From NCBI GenBank assembly GCA_951406725.2, contig OX597831.1, positions 60,822,001 to 60,886,000 of the forward strand: a stretch of DNA of 64,000 bases, written 5' to 3'. The notes under the pieces are model-generated. The model saw only the letters and a list, made by a program, of their open reading frames with translations, was not told where the DNA came from and did not search any database. The position numbers and the translations under genes were made by a program. Source of the stretch: Octopus vulgaris. Its lineage: Eukaryota. Below, piece after piece: positions 51,300-64,000 of the stretch. Positions within the stretch are counted from its first letter, which is position 1. Every line of letters begins with the position of its first letter.

Positions 51300-52060
51300 T
51301 ACTCCTATAAATTCTCGCCATGATGATATCTCTTTTCAGCGTTCCTTGTTCGAACCATCATATATGATTGCGTAACACTTTTTTCCTTCTTGCTGGAGGA
51401 GCGGAAGTTAGGGTTTTTGTTTGAATGTAATCCTTTTTGTGTCAGATGTGGGTGGGAAGGTTTGATGTCTGTAGTGGGAGACGAAGTGGGTGTGGGTGGG
51501 TGTTGGGTGGTTATGGGATGGGGGACTGTGTCTATTTGGCTTGTTTTTTCCTTTTCCTTCGTTTTCTTTTTCCCGTCATCTCCCATTCATTATGTTTCAT
51601 TTTCTTTTTCCCCTGTTGCTATAGTACAACCTCCTCCTCTTTCAATCGTTTTTCCTGAGGTTCTTCATCTGTTTTTTGGGGTGTTGAAGGGCATCCGCTC
51701 TAAGATGACCTTTCAAGCCACACTTAAAACATCGAGGGCCCTGCCCTCCTCCCTAACACTCATAAAATCATCCAATGTAACCGTCTGACGACCCCTGGAT
51801 AATCATATCCAGAGTCTAACCATTACAATGTCTGCTTTCAGTTTTCGTGGCCTGGAGAACGACATATTTACTTGGCCGACCATCCTCTACGTGGAGGGAA
51901 AGCGTAAATAGCCTGCCGTAAAGCAGTAAAACAAATTCACAGGGTGTTCAAAGAACACTAAACAAACAGTCAACAGCAAAATAACAGCAATTCTAACTTA
52001 CGGTATCGGAGACCAAACTACGGAGTGCCGACTACCTTAGACCGCTACAATTTATATAGA
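51300..52060 (-). mobile_element. Gag-like/ORF1 fragment with CCHC zinc knuckle (Tx1/L1-like)
   Basis: 51688-51750 reads EGR-PRCFKCGLKGHLRA-CP with frameshifts, followed by K/E- and P/T-rich low-complexity sequence. Confidence 0.6.
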
Positions 52061-52115
52061 GAGGTCTCGTCTATTTTCGTCGGAGGGTATCGTACTGTCG
52101 CCACAGCAGTTTATC

Positions 52116-52307
52116 CCACGCCATCGCTTGACAACCGTGCATTTACGTCCCTGTGACTTAGTGGTTCTGAACAACAGACCGATAAAATAAGTACTAGGAT
52201 TACAAAGAATTAGTCTTGGGTTTGATTTGTTCGACTAAAGGTGGTGCTCCAGCATGACTGCAGTCAAATTCATGAAAGAAATAAAAGAATAAATGAATAA
52301 AAGAATA
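52116..52307 (+). mobile_element. CORE-SINE 3' half
   Basis: gcttgacaaccg..gactaaaggtggtgctccagcatg matches 26354-26500. Confidence 0.8.
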
Positions 52308-52312
52308 CATAC

Positions 52313-52413
<101 letters not shown>

Positions 52414-53292
52414 GAGAGAGAGACAGGGAGAGGGGGAGAGAGAGAGGAAGTTAAAATCTCAAATTATGATTTAGAATTCTTAAATAGACCTGGTCTCTTA
52501 AACAGGTAATTTTTTTTAAAATGAATTTTCATTAAATTAACATAAAATGAAGCAGTATAATTACATGCGTGTCTATCGATATCGAATAAATAAATAACAT
52601 AACATAACATATTGGCAGTATTGTAAAAGAAAAAAAAAATATTTGATTGGTTTTGTAAGAAAAAAAGCGACTAGAAATTAAATGAACTTTTAAATCAACT
52701 AATATAAAATAAATCGATTTGACTAAATGATACTATAACGATAAAAAGAAAAACATGCTGCAAATGTCTTTGCAGTCAAAAACGGTCTCGTATGCGACAC
52801 AGAGAAAGAAATTACGACACGAAAATCATAAAGTAAAATGTACAAAAAGAGGAAAAACAGAAAATTCAGGTTGGAATATATTCATGGCTCACTTCACTTG
52901 TGAAAATTACATAGGAAATGCATTCTGAAACCTTATCGATATTTTTCTCACTGTGAAGTACACTAGCTTCTAGTTTCTTTTTTCTCTAACATGGTACTTT
53001 CTTTCTTTTCTATTTGAAATTTTATTTTAGTTAAGCGTCAATGCCCCTTTGTGAATGGCCTAAGCAACCTTTAGTAAATATAATTGAATTGAATTCTTGT
53101 TTTTAAATATATATTTCAAATTATTTATTTAATTATTTATGAAATGTTTGTAGTTAAGTTTTTGTATACAACAAAAAACGCAAGCATGCATATACATTTG
53201 CATGTGTATATATATGTATATATAGATGTGTGTGTGTATATATATATATAAATATATATATATGTATATGTGTATATGTATATATATATATA

Positions 53293-53670
53293 CTAGCAGT
53301 ATCGCCCGGCGTTGCTCAGGTTTGTAAGGGAAATAACTATAAAGCATTTTTAGAGAGTTATAGCCAAAAAATAGCAAAAAAATGGAAAAAAAATTATGGT
53401 AAATTTTTTTTTGAGAGTAAAAAAAGGTTGAGTTGCGTCCCCTAGACAGTCTGTGGTTTGTTTTTTTGATTCTCGACCCCATGTCGAATTTATCGATTTT
53501 TTTCAGAACTGGGGTTAACTTTTCAAAATTTTCGCTGCGTTAGTTTTGAATTATGACATTGGGCTATGTGAGTGTCAAGTTTCATCAGAATCGGTTGAAA
53601 GCCGTGGTCAGGGTGAGGGTACGAGAAAACAGACACACAGAAACACGCACAGACAAACTGCCGTGTATAT
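53293..53670 (-). mobile_element. Non-autonomous Helitron (Lep1-like layout)
   Basis: 3' end cctgagcaacgccgggcgatactgCTAG|T; aagtttcatcagaatcggttg and (CAGA)-type repeats near the other end; inserted in (TA)n. Confidence 0.75.
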
Positions 53671-54247
53671 ATATATATGTATATGTATATATATATTTAT
53701 ATGTATATATATATATATATGTATATGTGTGTGTGTGTGTGTGTTTAGGTTTGTGTGCGCGTATACTTGTTTCTATAGCCAAGCATAAATATGACTTTCT
53801 ATACTGATTCAAATTTCCCTGTACAGATGCATCAGTAGTATGTTTCGGATTCCTTAAAGTGTCCACCATAAAATTTGTTCTACAGTGCGCATTTGCCGTG
53901 ATGGGTTCTTGGTTTCTGATAGGTAGAAGTAGTTTTCAAATTCTAGAAATTTCAAACTGGTCCATAATCAAATCATAATAGATATGATATGTTTTTACCC
54001 AACACTTTCAGTAAGAAATAACCTCAATTCTTCCCTGATATCTACAAAAAAACTTTTTCCATTGAAATTTCTACGCCTGCGCGCACGCACACTGCCATAC
54101 ACACACACAAACACACATATATTTACACGCACGCGCACATACACATACGTACGTTGTATAAATATGTGTCCGCATGGATGTGAGTATACGTGTATGTCTG
54201 CATATGCATGTTAGTATACATTTGCATATATATATGTATATATACGT

Positions 54248-54290
<43 letters not shown>

Positions 54291-54299
54291 GAAAAGGGA

Positions 54300-54347
54300 G
54301 AGATGACAGATAAAGAGATAGATAGATAGACATATAGATAGACAGAC

Positions 54348-54381
<34 letters not shown>

Positions 54382-54382
54382 G

Positions 54383-54440
<58 letters not shown>
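54300..54440. repeat. (GATA)n/(GACA)n microsatellite
   Basis: Directly visible. Confidence 0.97.
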
Positions 54441-54459
54441 CAAATATAGACGAATGTTT

Positions 54460-55250
54460 GTAGTACACAAGATCAGTGTTATAATGCAAGTCTTGTAAAC
54501 GCTGATTTTTCTGTGTCTTTAGGCGTGGATCTCATAATCACTTTTCTTTCCCATTTGCAAAGTATTTTCAAAATCCGGACTGTTATCTTTTGATAGAACA
54601 CTACTTGTAAACTTGTGCTTTTCACATAAATACTAATCTTCAATTAATGATCACCAGGTACCGGAGTAAAGGTCACTAGAGTTTTTTTCTTCTATATAAA
54701 ATTTATAGCCAGACTACCGACATATCATTTTCGTCTCTGTCTACAACAATGTAAGCATTGTTTGCATTCTAAAGTTCTTTTATTGGAGGGAAGCAGTTTT
54801 TGCATTACTATTAAAATGTTATAAATCGAAAATCTTTCCTGAACTTCGAAAATTTATTCTAACACCATTGCCACAGTTTTGAAAGAGCAGAGTCGTTCGA
54901 TATATTAAGAACAATGTTGGTACTAGAATATCACTTCGTTTTACTTCAAGCTCTCCATCAAAGTCATTCTTGTTTTCCAGATTGCATGTACTTCTTTTAA
55001 CCATGGCACAAATTTTGATGAGCAGACAGATTTGAGAACGATCGATCCCAAGGCTTCTATATTGACCAGGTCAAATGCTTTAGTAAGGTCAACAAATTCA
55101 TGTTAGTGTAGTCCTTGATGTTCAGCAAAATTTTCCTGAAGATTCCTAGCTCATAAAATCGTGTTTATTGCCTTTATACCCAATCAGAAACATACTGAGT
55201 TTCTGGTAAAATAACAGGGCAAATGTCACGCATTAGACAGTTTAACATTA
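54460..55250 (-). mobile_element. Decayed RTE RT fragment
   Basis: ILPETQ, FVDLTKAFDLVN, VKRSDILVPTLF, GVRINFRSSGKIFDL. Confidence 0.8.
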
Positions 55251-57934
55251 TCCTTGAGATGGCTAGCATTTGTATCACAGATATTGTCTCTTACACACTT
55301 TATGTCTGTAAGATCAGAACACCACCATTCCGGGTATGGGGAATCAGAGGTTCCTCCGCCCCAACAAGTAACTATTCCCCTATATACTGCAGCCGCTATA
55401 TTGTTGTCACTTACTTTCAAGACGCCTGTGGTTATTTAATTTATGACTAGAGGCTTACCAAAGTTTAAATACTATACACATATACGGACATATGCATGTA
55501 TGCATCTGCGTATTTGTGTGTGTGATTGTTTAAATAAAAGATGTATGGCAGTTCAAATTGATGCATTAAATATAGTGGAATGCAATTATAATTGTTGAAG
55601 AATTTAGCATAACATTGTAAATGTGGTGATTTGCCGTATTTTTATGGTAAAGAGGAGGCTTATTCTTAAATAACAATTGATGAGAAAAGCAAGTTGATTA
55701 ATTTCGATTAAAACAGTAATGTATAGACGTATGTAAATTAGCTGCTCTGTTATTCTGGAAATCGTCCCAAAAGAAGTGTATTCAAAATACTTTTAGTCGC
55801 CTGTGAAGATTAGTTTCGATCACATTCCCATTGTGATTTAAATGCAATTTCGATTGCAATTATAGAAATTATTACCAAATCGCGACTATTTTTGTTTTTC
55901 ATTCTTGAGTAGAATGTAGTCTGCAGACATTATATAATTTAAAGGTGCAGTATCTTAACGAGCTACTGGCAATATCATCGAGAGTCTGCATCAGAATACT
56001 TCGATATGTTGTCACCATGGCTCCACTATTTGCTTTGGCGGGCAATATCAGTTTGTTATACATAAACCTTGTAAGTAAATGCAATATTATTCTTACAAAG
56101 GCGAATATTTATATAATGCGTGTTTCCTGTCTAAGACAATCTTTTATTATCATAGACACTCCTGACAACGTCACTAGAATAGATTCAGTATCTCTCTGTA
56201 AAATACATAACGGAATAGCAAAATTCGGAATAGCAAAATCCGAAAGTACAATCTAGAAATGTAAAATCAAATATTGTTGATTATACAACAAAGTGCTCTA
56301 CACAATTATAAGCTGACTATAACGAAACTGTATTCTCCCTTCAACACAACAACTCGCTTGCTGTAACACAACTCCCTCCTCGTTACAATACAAAAGCTGA
56401 CTTCAACTATAGATTATCCGCTCGTTGCAACACATGCATTTGGATAAATATGTTCACACTCGTTTATCATAAACTGACCTTTTCTGTCATTTACTCCTCC
56501 TAGACGGAAATATATCATGACGCAGTCAATTAAGTTCTATGTGCTATGTGTTGTTCCGGTCGTTACCAATGCTAATATTTTCTTATAGTCATGCAATAGG
56601 TCAAATTTTGTAATGAGAAAAACAACGGTAAGTTCACAAATTAAACTCTTACGTTGTTTTTGGTTGCTAATCGCTGAGCATCTTAATTGTATTGTCCCTA
56701 TTTATTTCTAAGTGCTTATAAAACGTTTCGAATTTGAGAATAATACCTTTCGTATATCTTGTAAGAGTATCTACCTTTTAAGCCAAATTCATGCGATAGC
56801 AGTCTGTTACTGGAACGTATTCTAACAGAGAAGATACTGTAAAGCATAACGACTCGGACTACATAAAGGATAATGTTAAATGCAAAAAAACAACAGCAAA
56901 ATTAAATACTTTTATGCCTTCAAGTCAATCTGCAACAATTACAAATAGTGAATATATTATTTAATATGAAAAGTATAATTATAATACAGTCAACCATTTT
57001 ATATTACTGCTACAATGTCAACCCGATTACATGACAGACAATTTCAATGAACTCAGGCAACAAAAAGATGTCAATAAATATATTAGGAACATAGACAGGT
57101 ACTCCCTTGCTTTTTTCAGGCTTCTTCTCATGAGGATTGGACATTTTTATCTTTGTAAACCAGCCCAGTAGAGTACATACAAACAGTCGTGACCGCTTTT
57201 GCGGTATTTATTCTTAATTGAAAAATGAATTCTTACATTTTATTCTGAAATAATATTACCTAACTTGTAAATATCTACAATTTTACACTGGTTTTGCTGC
57301 TTTGCACAGAAAATTTCACTTTTACTTATTTAAAAAAATTATTTTAAAACTATTTTTAAAAATTATTTTATCGTTAATAGATTCGTTATTCCATATAAAC
57401 ATCTCGGAAAATCAAAAATCAAAAAAATTTGATTGTCCCCCACCACCGTTTGAAAAGCGTTTGACAAGCCCGATAAAATAAGTACCAAGCTATGAACGAT
57501 AGGTACTGACTAAAAACATTCTCCATGATGCTGCCCGAGCATGGACGCAGTCTAATGATTGAAAGAAATAAAAAGAAAAAGAAAAGGAAAAGAGAAATGA
57601 AAACTCATGTTTCAGGGTTGATACATGTTGATAATAGGTCTTCCCTTCCCACAAGAACACATATGGAGATACACATCCATACATAGAGACACAGTACATA
57701 GTCACCTTCACACACACACTCACATATGAACAAAAAAGGAGTCAGAGGTACACACACGCACATGCAAAATTTCCACACACACTAAAGAAACACACAAACA
57801 CGAACGCACAAACACACATGAATATGCAGAATACATGCACATACATGAATGCATACATACATATATACACACATGCATGTGTATGCGCACACACACTGAC
57901 CCACATACATGCGCAAAAACAAAAAGAACACAGT

Positions 57935-58222
57935 TCTATATTTAAGAGACGAGAAATTATGTACATTATTTACATTTGCTGCATTTTGTCCTCATCTTGT
58001 TTGTTGCTAACACAACGTTTCGGCTGGTATCTTGGAGAAATTTCCAACCTGGGTTCTCATTCCTAAGATAATGATAATATTGAAAAATATCTTAGGAATG
58101 AGAACCCAGGTTCGAAATTTCTCCAAGATACCTGATGAAGGCTGGAGGGTATATCATCTGAAACGTTGTGTTAACAATAAACAAGATGAGGGCAAATATC
58201 CATTAAATGTTAATAATGTAAA
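57935..58222. mobile_element. Fold-back element with minimal hammerhead
   Basis: Arms at about 57960-58069 and 58088-58220 are inverted; right arm carries CUGAUGA-a-ggctg..catct-GAAA-cg-UU-gtgt (58128-58171). Confidence 0.8.
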
Positions 58223-59841
58223 CAGAACGCAGCAGGAATAACGGACAGAGTCAACAACTATTTAAAAGGCTGCAAGACGCAATGAAAAATTTAAAATATA
58301 TATATAAGTAACTTAGTGGAAATTTTACCCGTGTGTGTGTGTTGAATTATAAGGCACTAAAAGAGAATGACTCTCCTCAGACATAACTATAAAATGTTCT
58401 CTTAAAGTTTCAGGAAAATTAAAACTTTTAAGAGGACCGTTTTACCTCACATAACAGTTGATTAAAATTAAGCCATCTACCACAAATCAACGCACTTAAC
58501 AGAAATCAATTGTGTAAATGTATCGGGAAGATGGCGTGAACCAAGATTTATCGAGATGTCGTATATTATTACGTTCAAAGCTGTTGTCTTCCGTAATTAG
58601 TTTTAACTCAAGCACGCATTTTGTCAATGACTATTTTCTGCACTGTTAGTTTCGTGGTATAAATAGAAGCAGTGTTTATGTGTCTTTTTAAAACTGTTGA
58701 ATACTTAAACTTAAAAGCACATTTTTCTATTACAAAATTTCACTAAAACGAATTTGAAGTATCGAAGTTATAGTTGCAGATCTTTCCCATGCTGCCAAAC
58801 GTTGGAATCGAAAATGAACCAGTGATTTGTGAAGGAAAATACTTCCACTTACAGTAGCAATTCTATTTTACTCATAACAATTTTTGTCTAACATGGCAAT
58901 TGGAATAACGTAAACAGTATTACCATTTGTTAAAGCCCTGTAAAGAGATTCGTGTTGGCACAAATTGTAAGATAGAATGTTCTTGTAGGCAGGCAATGTT
59001 TTCCATTTAGTTCAATTCTTAAGTTTGTTCTCTCCTTGAGTAAAGTGAAAATACCGACTCTCAAGATAGCAGACCTGAAAATGTTATTGTTGGGATCATA
59101 ATTTGTAAAGCAATTCTCACCTAAAACTGCAAACTCAATATTTCTATAGAATTATTACAATCTTATAGGTATTATCACAACCGTGGAATTTACATAGCTG
59201 CCTCTAATGTCAATAACATCTTTGTAATTCATGGAAATATAAAATGTAAAAATGTAAAAGCATGTGTTTGAAGTCCTTAATTTGGTATGATACTTGCAAC
59301 TGTCAACGTCACAGTTATCTCTTGCTATATAATATAGCAACACACGCTATAATCATAACTTGTCAGCCCTTGGATGGGAATAGTTGAAATGTTGTCAATA
59401 TAATTAGCTTATATAAAGGTGTCCTTTTTTTATTTTTCCCTACTTAGTAAATAAGCAACAAGAAGGAAACAACTAGATTCCACAGAATATAAAATATAGG
59501 ACACTTCCTTCCAGCAAACAAAGAGACCTAATTTCCTTCCATAAATTCAATTTAGGCTCATGAATTGTTGGCAAAATGATGTGCCTGAGGAAGAAAACAT
59601 TCTAAAAATCTAATATATAAGTTGCTGTATTAAGGTTGTTTAAACATAATTCCGATTGCCTACTTCTTTCAAGTAATTCATCAAAACATTTTTTTCTATA
59701 ATGGAAAATCTTTCATACCCAGAAGGTTGCAGGAAAGTTAACATTGCCCGAGTTAATTCTTATTGACAATAAACGGAAGCGCTTTAAGCAATTGAAGAGA
59801 TATTTGCTGGTATTTCTACTAGGTGAAGCCACTCTGCAGAG

Positions 59842-59921
59842 CAGTGGTTCCTAACTTGAAGTCAACGGACCCCTGGTAGTTTTGAAAGGTAATACTGAGG
59901 ATCCGTGGACTGAAGTGAAAT

Positions 59922-59968
<47 letters not shown>

Positions 59969-60091
59969 TGTGCATCTCTATGCACCTACATAACCATACA
60001 TCTCTATGCCCATGCATAAGCATATTAAAATAAGTACATTAAAAGGGTCCCATGGGAAAACTAATTTAAATAAAAGTGGTGGAAACCACTG
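59842..60091. mobile_element. hAT (Charlie-like) MITE with internal (TA)n
   Basis: TIRs cagtggttcc / ggaaaccactg; subterminal ggacccctgg / ggatccgtgg; no clear TSD. Confidence 0.65.
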
Positions 60092-61364
60092 TTGGGAAAC
60101 ACTGTGATAAGATATGGAATCACTGTTGTAGAGGCTCTCCCTCTGTTTCGGGAAGATATTAGCCAAGAACAGGAAACGATTATAGAAATATAAGTTGTCT
60201 GGCTTTGTTCAATGTTAGAAATAACTGAGTATATTTCAGTTATATATTACATTATGTGCTAATGCATTGACTGAAGTAGCTAAGAACAATGAAATAGCTA
60301 GTCAGTCCAAGGGAATGAACAAGCTATAGTCATACGAGGACATTTAAATTAGTTACTGCTAGTAAACCCAACGTCCCTACGGTTAAAGCATAATACTTCA
60401 GAGGGGAAAACATGGAGGAAACCAGATATAGTCGCAATATAACGAAATACAGTTTAATCTTCACCATTTCATATTGTTATTAATCAAGAGACTCTATTAT
60501 CTAAATCCAGCGGTATTTAAAGATGATAAAAGTACAATTCAAGAAAAGTTGGTTGGTGATTTAAATGCGGATATTTAAAAGTATAATATTCTAAAATAAT
60601 ACCAAAAACAAAGAAAAGAAGGCGGTGTGATACGCAATTTTTGTGGGAAATGGTTATTAATATGTGTACGGATTATCGTTAGTGATTGATGTGATAAAAT
60701 GTCTGGCTTTGTGACAAAATTTGAAGGCAATATGCAATTCTGTATCACAATTTTCATATAATAAAAATATGTCTGGACGGGTCAGGACTCCGCGAACGAA
60801 ATAAAGTGGTTGAAGCAGAAGCCATGAAATCTAAAACAAAGGTGAGTCCTATAAGTATATATATATGTGTCTATGTGCACGTGTCTCTATGTGTGTATTT
60901 GTATGTGCATGTGTGTGTACGTGTGTGTATGTGTATCCCAATTAGTTTTGGAGTCAATTTTCTTACAAAATTCGAAATAATGTAATTTGTGTTGGTATAA
61001 TGAATTTCGTTCGATTTCGTTCTTTCTTACACTCGTCAATCACGTCTAGTCTATAACAATAGCTTTACATTCACAGACACCAGAGGAATAATATTCGTCA
61101 GAACAGATAATGCAGTAGTTACATTTTAAATGGTTATATTTACGACGTTAAGGTCAAGATACCGTATTCGTTGCTAAGCTGACGACATCTATTTGCATTA
61201 AAGTACAGCCTTTAAATCGTATGGGCCAATAAAAAGATTATAAATTCTTCACTCTCACCCCTTTACCTCTAGTTGAGACACCATCATCAAACATTATACT
61301 CTTAAATACTCTTAAATATAAGGTGTCAGTATATGTGTGTGTGTATAAGAAATTAAAGGAGGAA

Positions 61365-61915
61365 AATTCACACACTACAAACTTTTTGTATATTTTTGAA
61401 TAAAATTTATATTCTGTATGTCAATCGGTTTCGCTTTCGCTAATCAGGACATTAAAATTATTTTAAGTACGTATTTTAAAAGAAGTTTTTGTCCAGGTTG
61501 TGAGTGGACGAATTTATGAACGAATTATTCAACAAGTAGAAAATTTCAAGGGGAGTAAATTGGGGATCATTATTATTGTGAACAGCGGAGATAATTGTTC
61601 ATCTTTCGGTGGTGGTGGGTATACACAAAAATTCAAAAAACTAGAGTAGTGTGGAGAAATATATACAATGATGGGTGTGTAATCGTGAATCAAAATATAT
61701 AGAGAGATTAATGTTGGTTATGCGTGCATATTTAGACGTGGTCTGGATTTTTCGATGAATAAATTTTCTTTAATTAAACGTTCTTGTAAAAAAGTTGTAT
61801 CTTTGCACGCCATTGAGACGAAGAACCACTCTACATAAACAGCACTTCCGTTTCCCGAAATTACAAATTCATCTAAATGAATACACACAGAGAGGTGCAG
61901 GGAATATCCAACCAA
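61365..61915 (-). mobile_element. Neptune-type PLE 3' end (endonuclease C-terminus, UTR, hammerhead)
   Basis: QERLIKENLFIEKSRPRLN parallels 47810-47870; HHR atgtc-CUGAUUA-gc-gaaa-gc-GAAA-ccga-UU-gacat at 61418-61452. Confidence 0.7.
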
Positions 61916-61995
61916 ATTTCACAGAAATGAGTAGTAAGTATTAAATTAAATAAAAATACTTTTATAAGATGGGATGAAGGGGACTACTATCTCTA

Positions 61996-62044
<49 letters not shown>

Positions 62045-62094
62045 TTATATGTATTTGTGAAGGGAACCAACTTCTCATCGACTACTATGATTGT

Positions 62095-62139
62095 CACACG
62101 CCGATGACGGGTCAATACCCTGAAACTCGAGTCCGTGTG
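62095..62139 (+). ncRNA. Type I minimal hammerhead, variant core, in a (TA)n-embedded insert (62045-62305)
   Basis: cacacg-CCGAUGA-c-ggg-tcaata-ccc-t-GAAA-ctcgag-UC-cgtgtg; GUC cleavage triplet; stem I extendable. Confidence 0.7.
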
Positions 62140-62299
62140 TATCATAAGTTGAAGACGGGAAGGATGGCTTTCCTTTGCGAATACTGATAGGGCACAGAAA
62201 GTGTGTCTATAGCCAGATGGAGGAGGTGTCCTCCTGGGGCTACAAACTACAGTAGCATTCACCCTTAGGGGTTAGCCATATTCAAATGGCAAATATACG

Positions 62300-62331
<32 letters not shown>

Positions 62332-63297
62332 GATAGATAGATAGATATAGATATATGTATGTATACATATATATGTGTGTATATATATATATATATGATT
62401 ATTTATTTAGATGCGTATCAGATTAACACTGGAAACACATTCAAAAACAAGAGTAAGAGTGTAATATAAACGGTTTCTCGTCAGCCTGTATCATTACTAT
62501 TAAAAATTTAATTCTAAAAATGAAATTGCTTTCCTTCTTTTTCGAACATTTAATTTTTGAAGAAAATTTTTGATGAAGTGTAGCCACATTGGTTTTCGGA
62601 ATTGTGGGTCACCTCTTGAAATTTTGTAAACAGGAAAGATTTTGAACTTTCCTCCACCGCATGTTACTAGATGCCAGCTCACTGCAATCTTGCGAAATTC
62701 CGCTTGTAGGATTTATCTATCTATTTATCTATCTATCTGTCAATGTATCTATCTAGTTATCTATATATCTACACATCACGCTGCCCCTTCCTACTTCCCT
62801 TCCAAACCCACAACCGATTTTCTGCCCACCACTGGGTCGATTTCCTGTTCACTATGTTATTTGTTCCGATTAATTGTTGTCGATGAAATACCAATATCAA
62901 ACTGTTACACCGCGTGACCTTTCTCGATCAATCGCAAAACACTCCTGTATATAACAATTGACTTTCTCCAACTGATCTCTTACTCAAATTTCCAATGGTT
63001 GCGCTTTGAAACTTTCCCCATCCTTTATTATTTTTCTCCTCTTTCTATTTGCCCCACTTTGCTTTTCGTCCTCTCTCTCTCTCCCCGCTTTACACAGAAA
63101 ACAACAACTATATTCTCCTCTTCCAAACAAAGCAAAATAGCATCCGATTCATAGGAATGAACAGCAAAACGTTCTCTTTCCACCATTTTAATTTTGATTT
63201 CGTCGTGATGAGTTCGATAAATGAAGGAAAGCGCTATTAAAGAATTATTCAAATTTCTGACTGCCTTTTACTCTCTATCTCTTTCTGTCTCTCTCTG

Positions 63298-63331
<34 letters not shown>

Positions 63332-63518
63332 CCTTTTAGGCTCAAAATTTTAAGGATAGTTTGGACGTTGATTCTCGAGAAATTGGCTACAAATTATGGT
63401 GTTTGTTGTGATTTTGTTAAATTTTATATAATCGTATATATACATATATACATACATTCGCACACACATAGACACACACACACACACACAGACGTCCATA
63501 TATACATATATATATGTA

Positions 63519-63642
63519 CACGAGTGGTGTATGAAAAGTCTTGAGCTTCAAAAGAACGAAACATGGCACAAGACTTCTGATGAAGGTGAAAGACTTCAAC
63601 GATCAAATGCCTTGAAGGCTCAAAACTTTTCATACCACCGTG
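63519..63642. mobile_element. Tc1/mariner-type MITE
   Basis: TA|cacg..tatgaaaagtcttgagc and gctcaaaacttttcata..cgtg|TA; a lone copy of the same TIR lies at 45467-45499. Confidence 0.7.
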
Positions 63643-63772
63643 TATATATATATATATATGTTAGAAAAAGGATTCAAAGAAAAAAGAATACGCGTGGTAT
63701 AATTAGGGAAAAATAAAAAGAAACAAATAAAATGCACACCAAGCATAAAAGTAATAACCTTTTTTACTTGTC

Positions 63773-63804
<32 letters not shown>

Positions 63805-63807
<3 letters not shown>

Positions 63808-63933
63808 AAAATAAGCAACAAGGATATCCTTGTGGAATATTTTGATTATTTTGATTTTAATCACCTTATTTTGAAATTGTATGGATAATACCGCACCAAA
63901 TTCTGGTGCCTGAACTTTAGTACCATATTCATC

Positions 63934-63937
<4 letters not shown>
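63805..63937 (-). mobile_element. Collapsed second copy of the 9712-10158 fold-back family
   Basis: Reverse complement of 9751-9840 plus an inverted caaaataagcaacaaggatatcc stub, within (TA)n. Confidence 0.85.
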
Positions 63938-63971
<34 letters not shown>

Positions 63972-64000
63972 GAGAGAAAGAGAGAGAGAGGGGGGAGGGG

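Noticed and set aside
63555-63600. Hammerhead from cgaaac..ctgatga inside the mariner MITE
   Set aside because: No stems I-III can be paired in any strand order.

Overview
AT-rich, microsatellite-dense metazoan DNA. The SINE families (including an OR2-like CORE-SINE), the (TA)n/(AAT)n load and the TE mix suggest an octopod cephalopod (Octopus); this is inference. No host protein-coding gene, rRNA, true tRNA or CRISPR array is supported, and most listed ORFs are microsatellite artefacts, so the window is intergenic or inside a very long intron. It contains many decayed TEs: Penelope-like elements (PLEs) of at least three lineages (a Naiad-type copy and a Neptune-type copy, each with an inverted terminal copy), a near full-length RTE LINE ending in three C2H2 zinc fingers, a stack of Dong/R4-type fragments in (TAA)n arrays, Helitron/Helentron pieces, MITEs and many SINEs. 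The most interesting layer is RNA-level: about ten hammerhead-ribozyme (HHR) motifs or remnants sit in PLE termini and in short fold-back elements inside microsatellites. They include a recurrent variant core (CCGANGA...UGAAA) and one candidate whose three strands are in a non-circular, pseudoknotted order (42640-42712, minus strand). All structures were read by eye; nothing was computed or searched, and most element boundaries are approximate.
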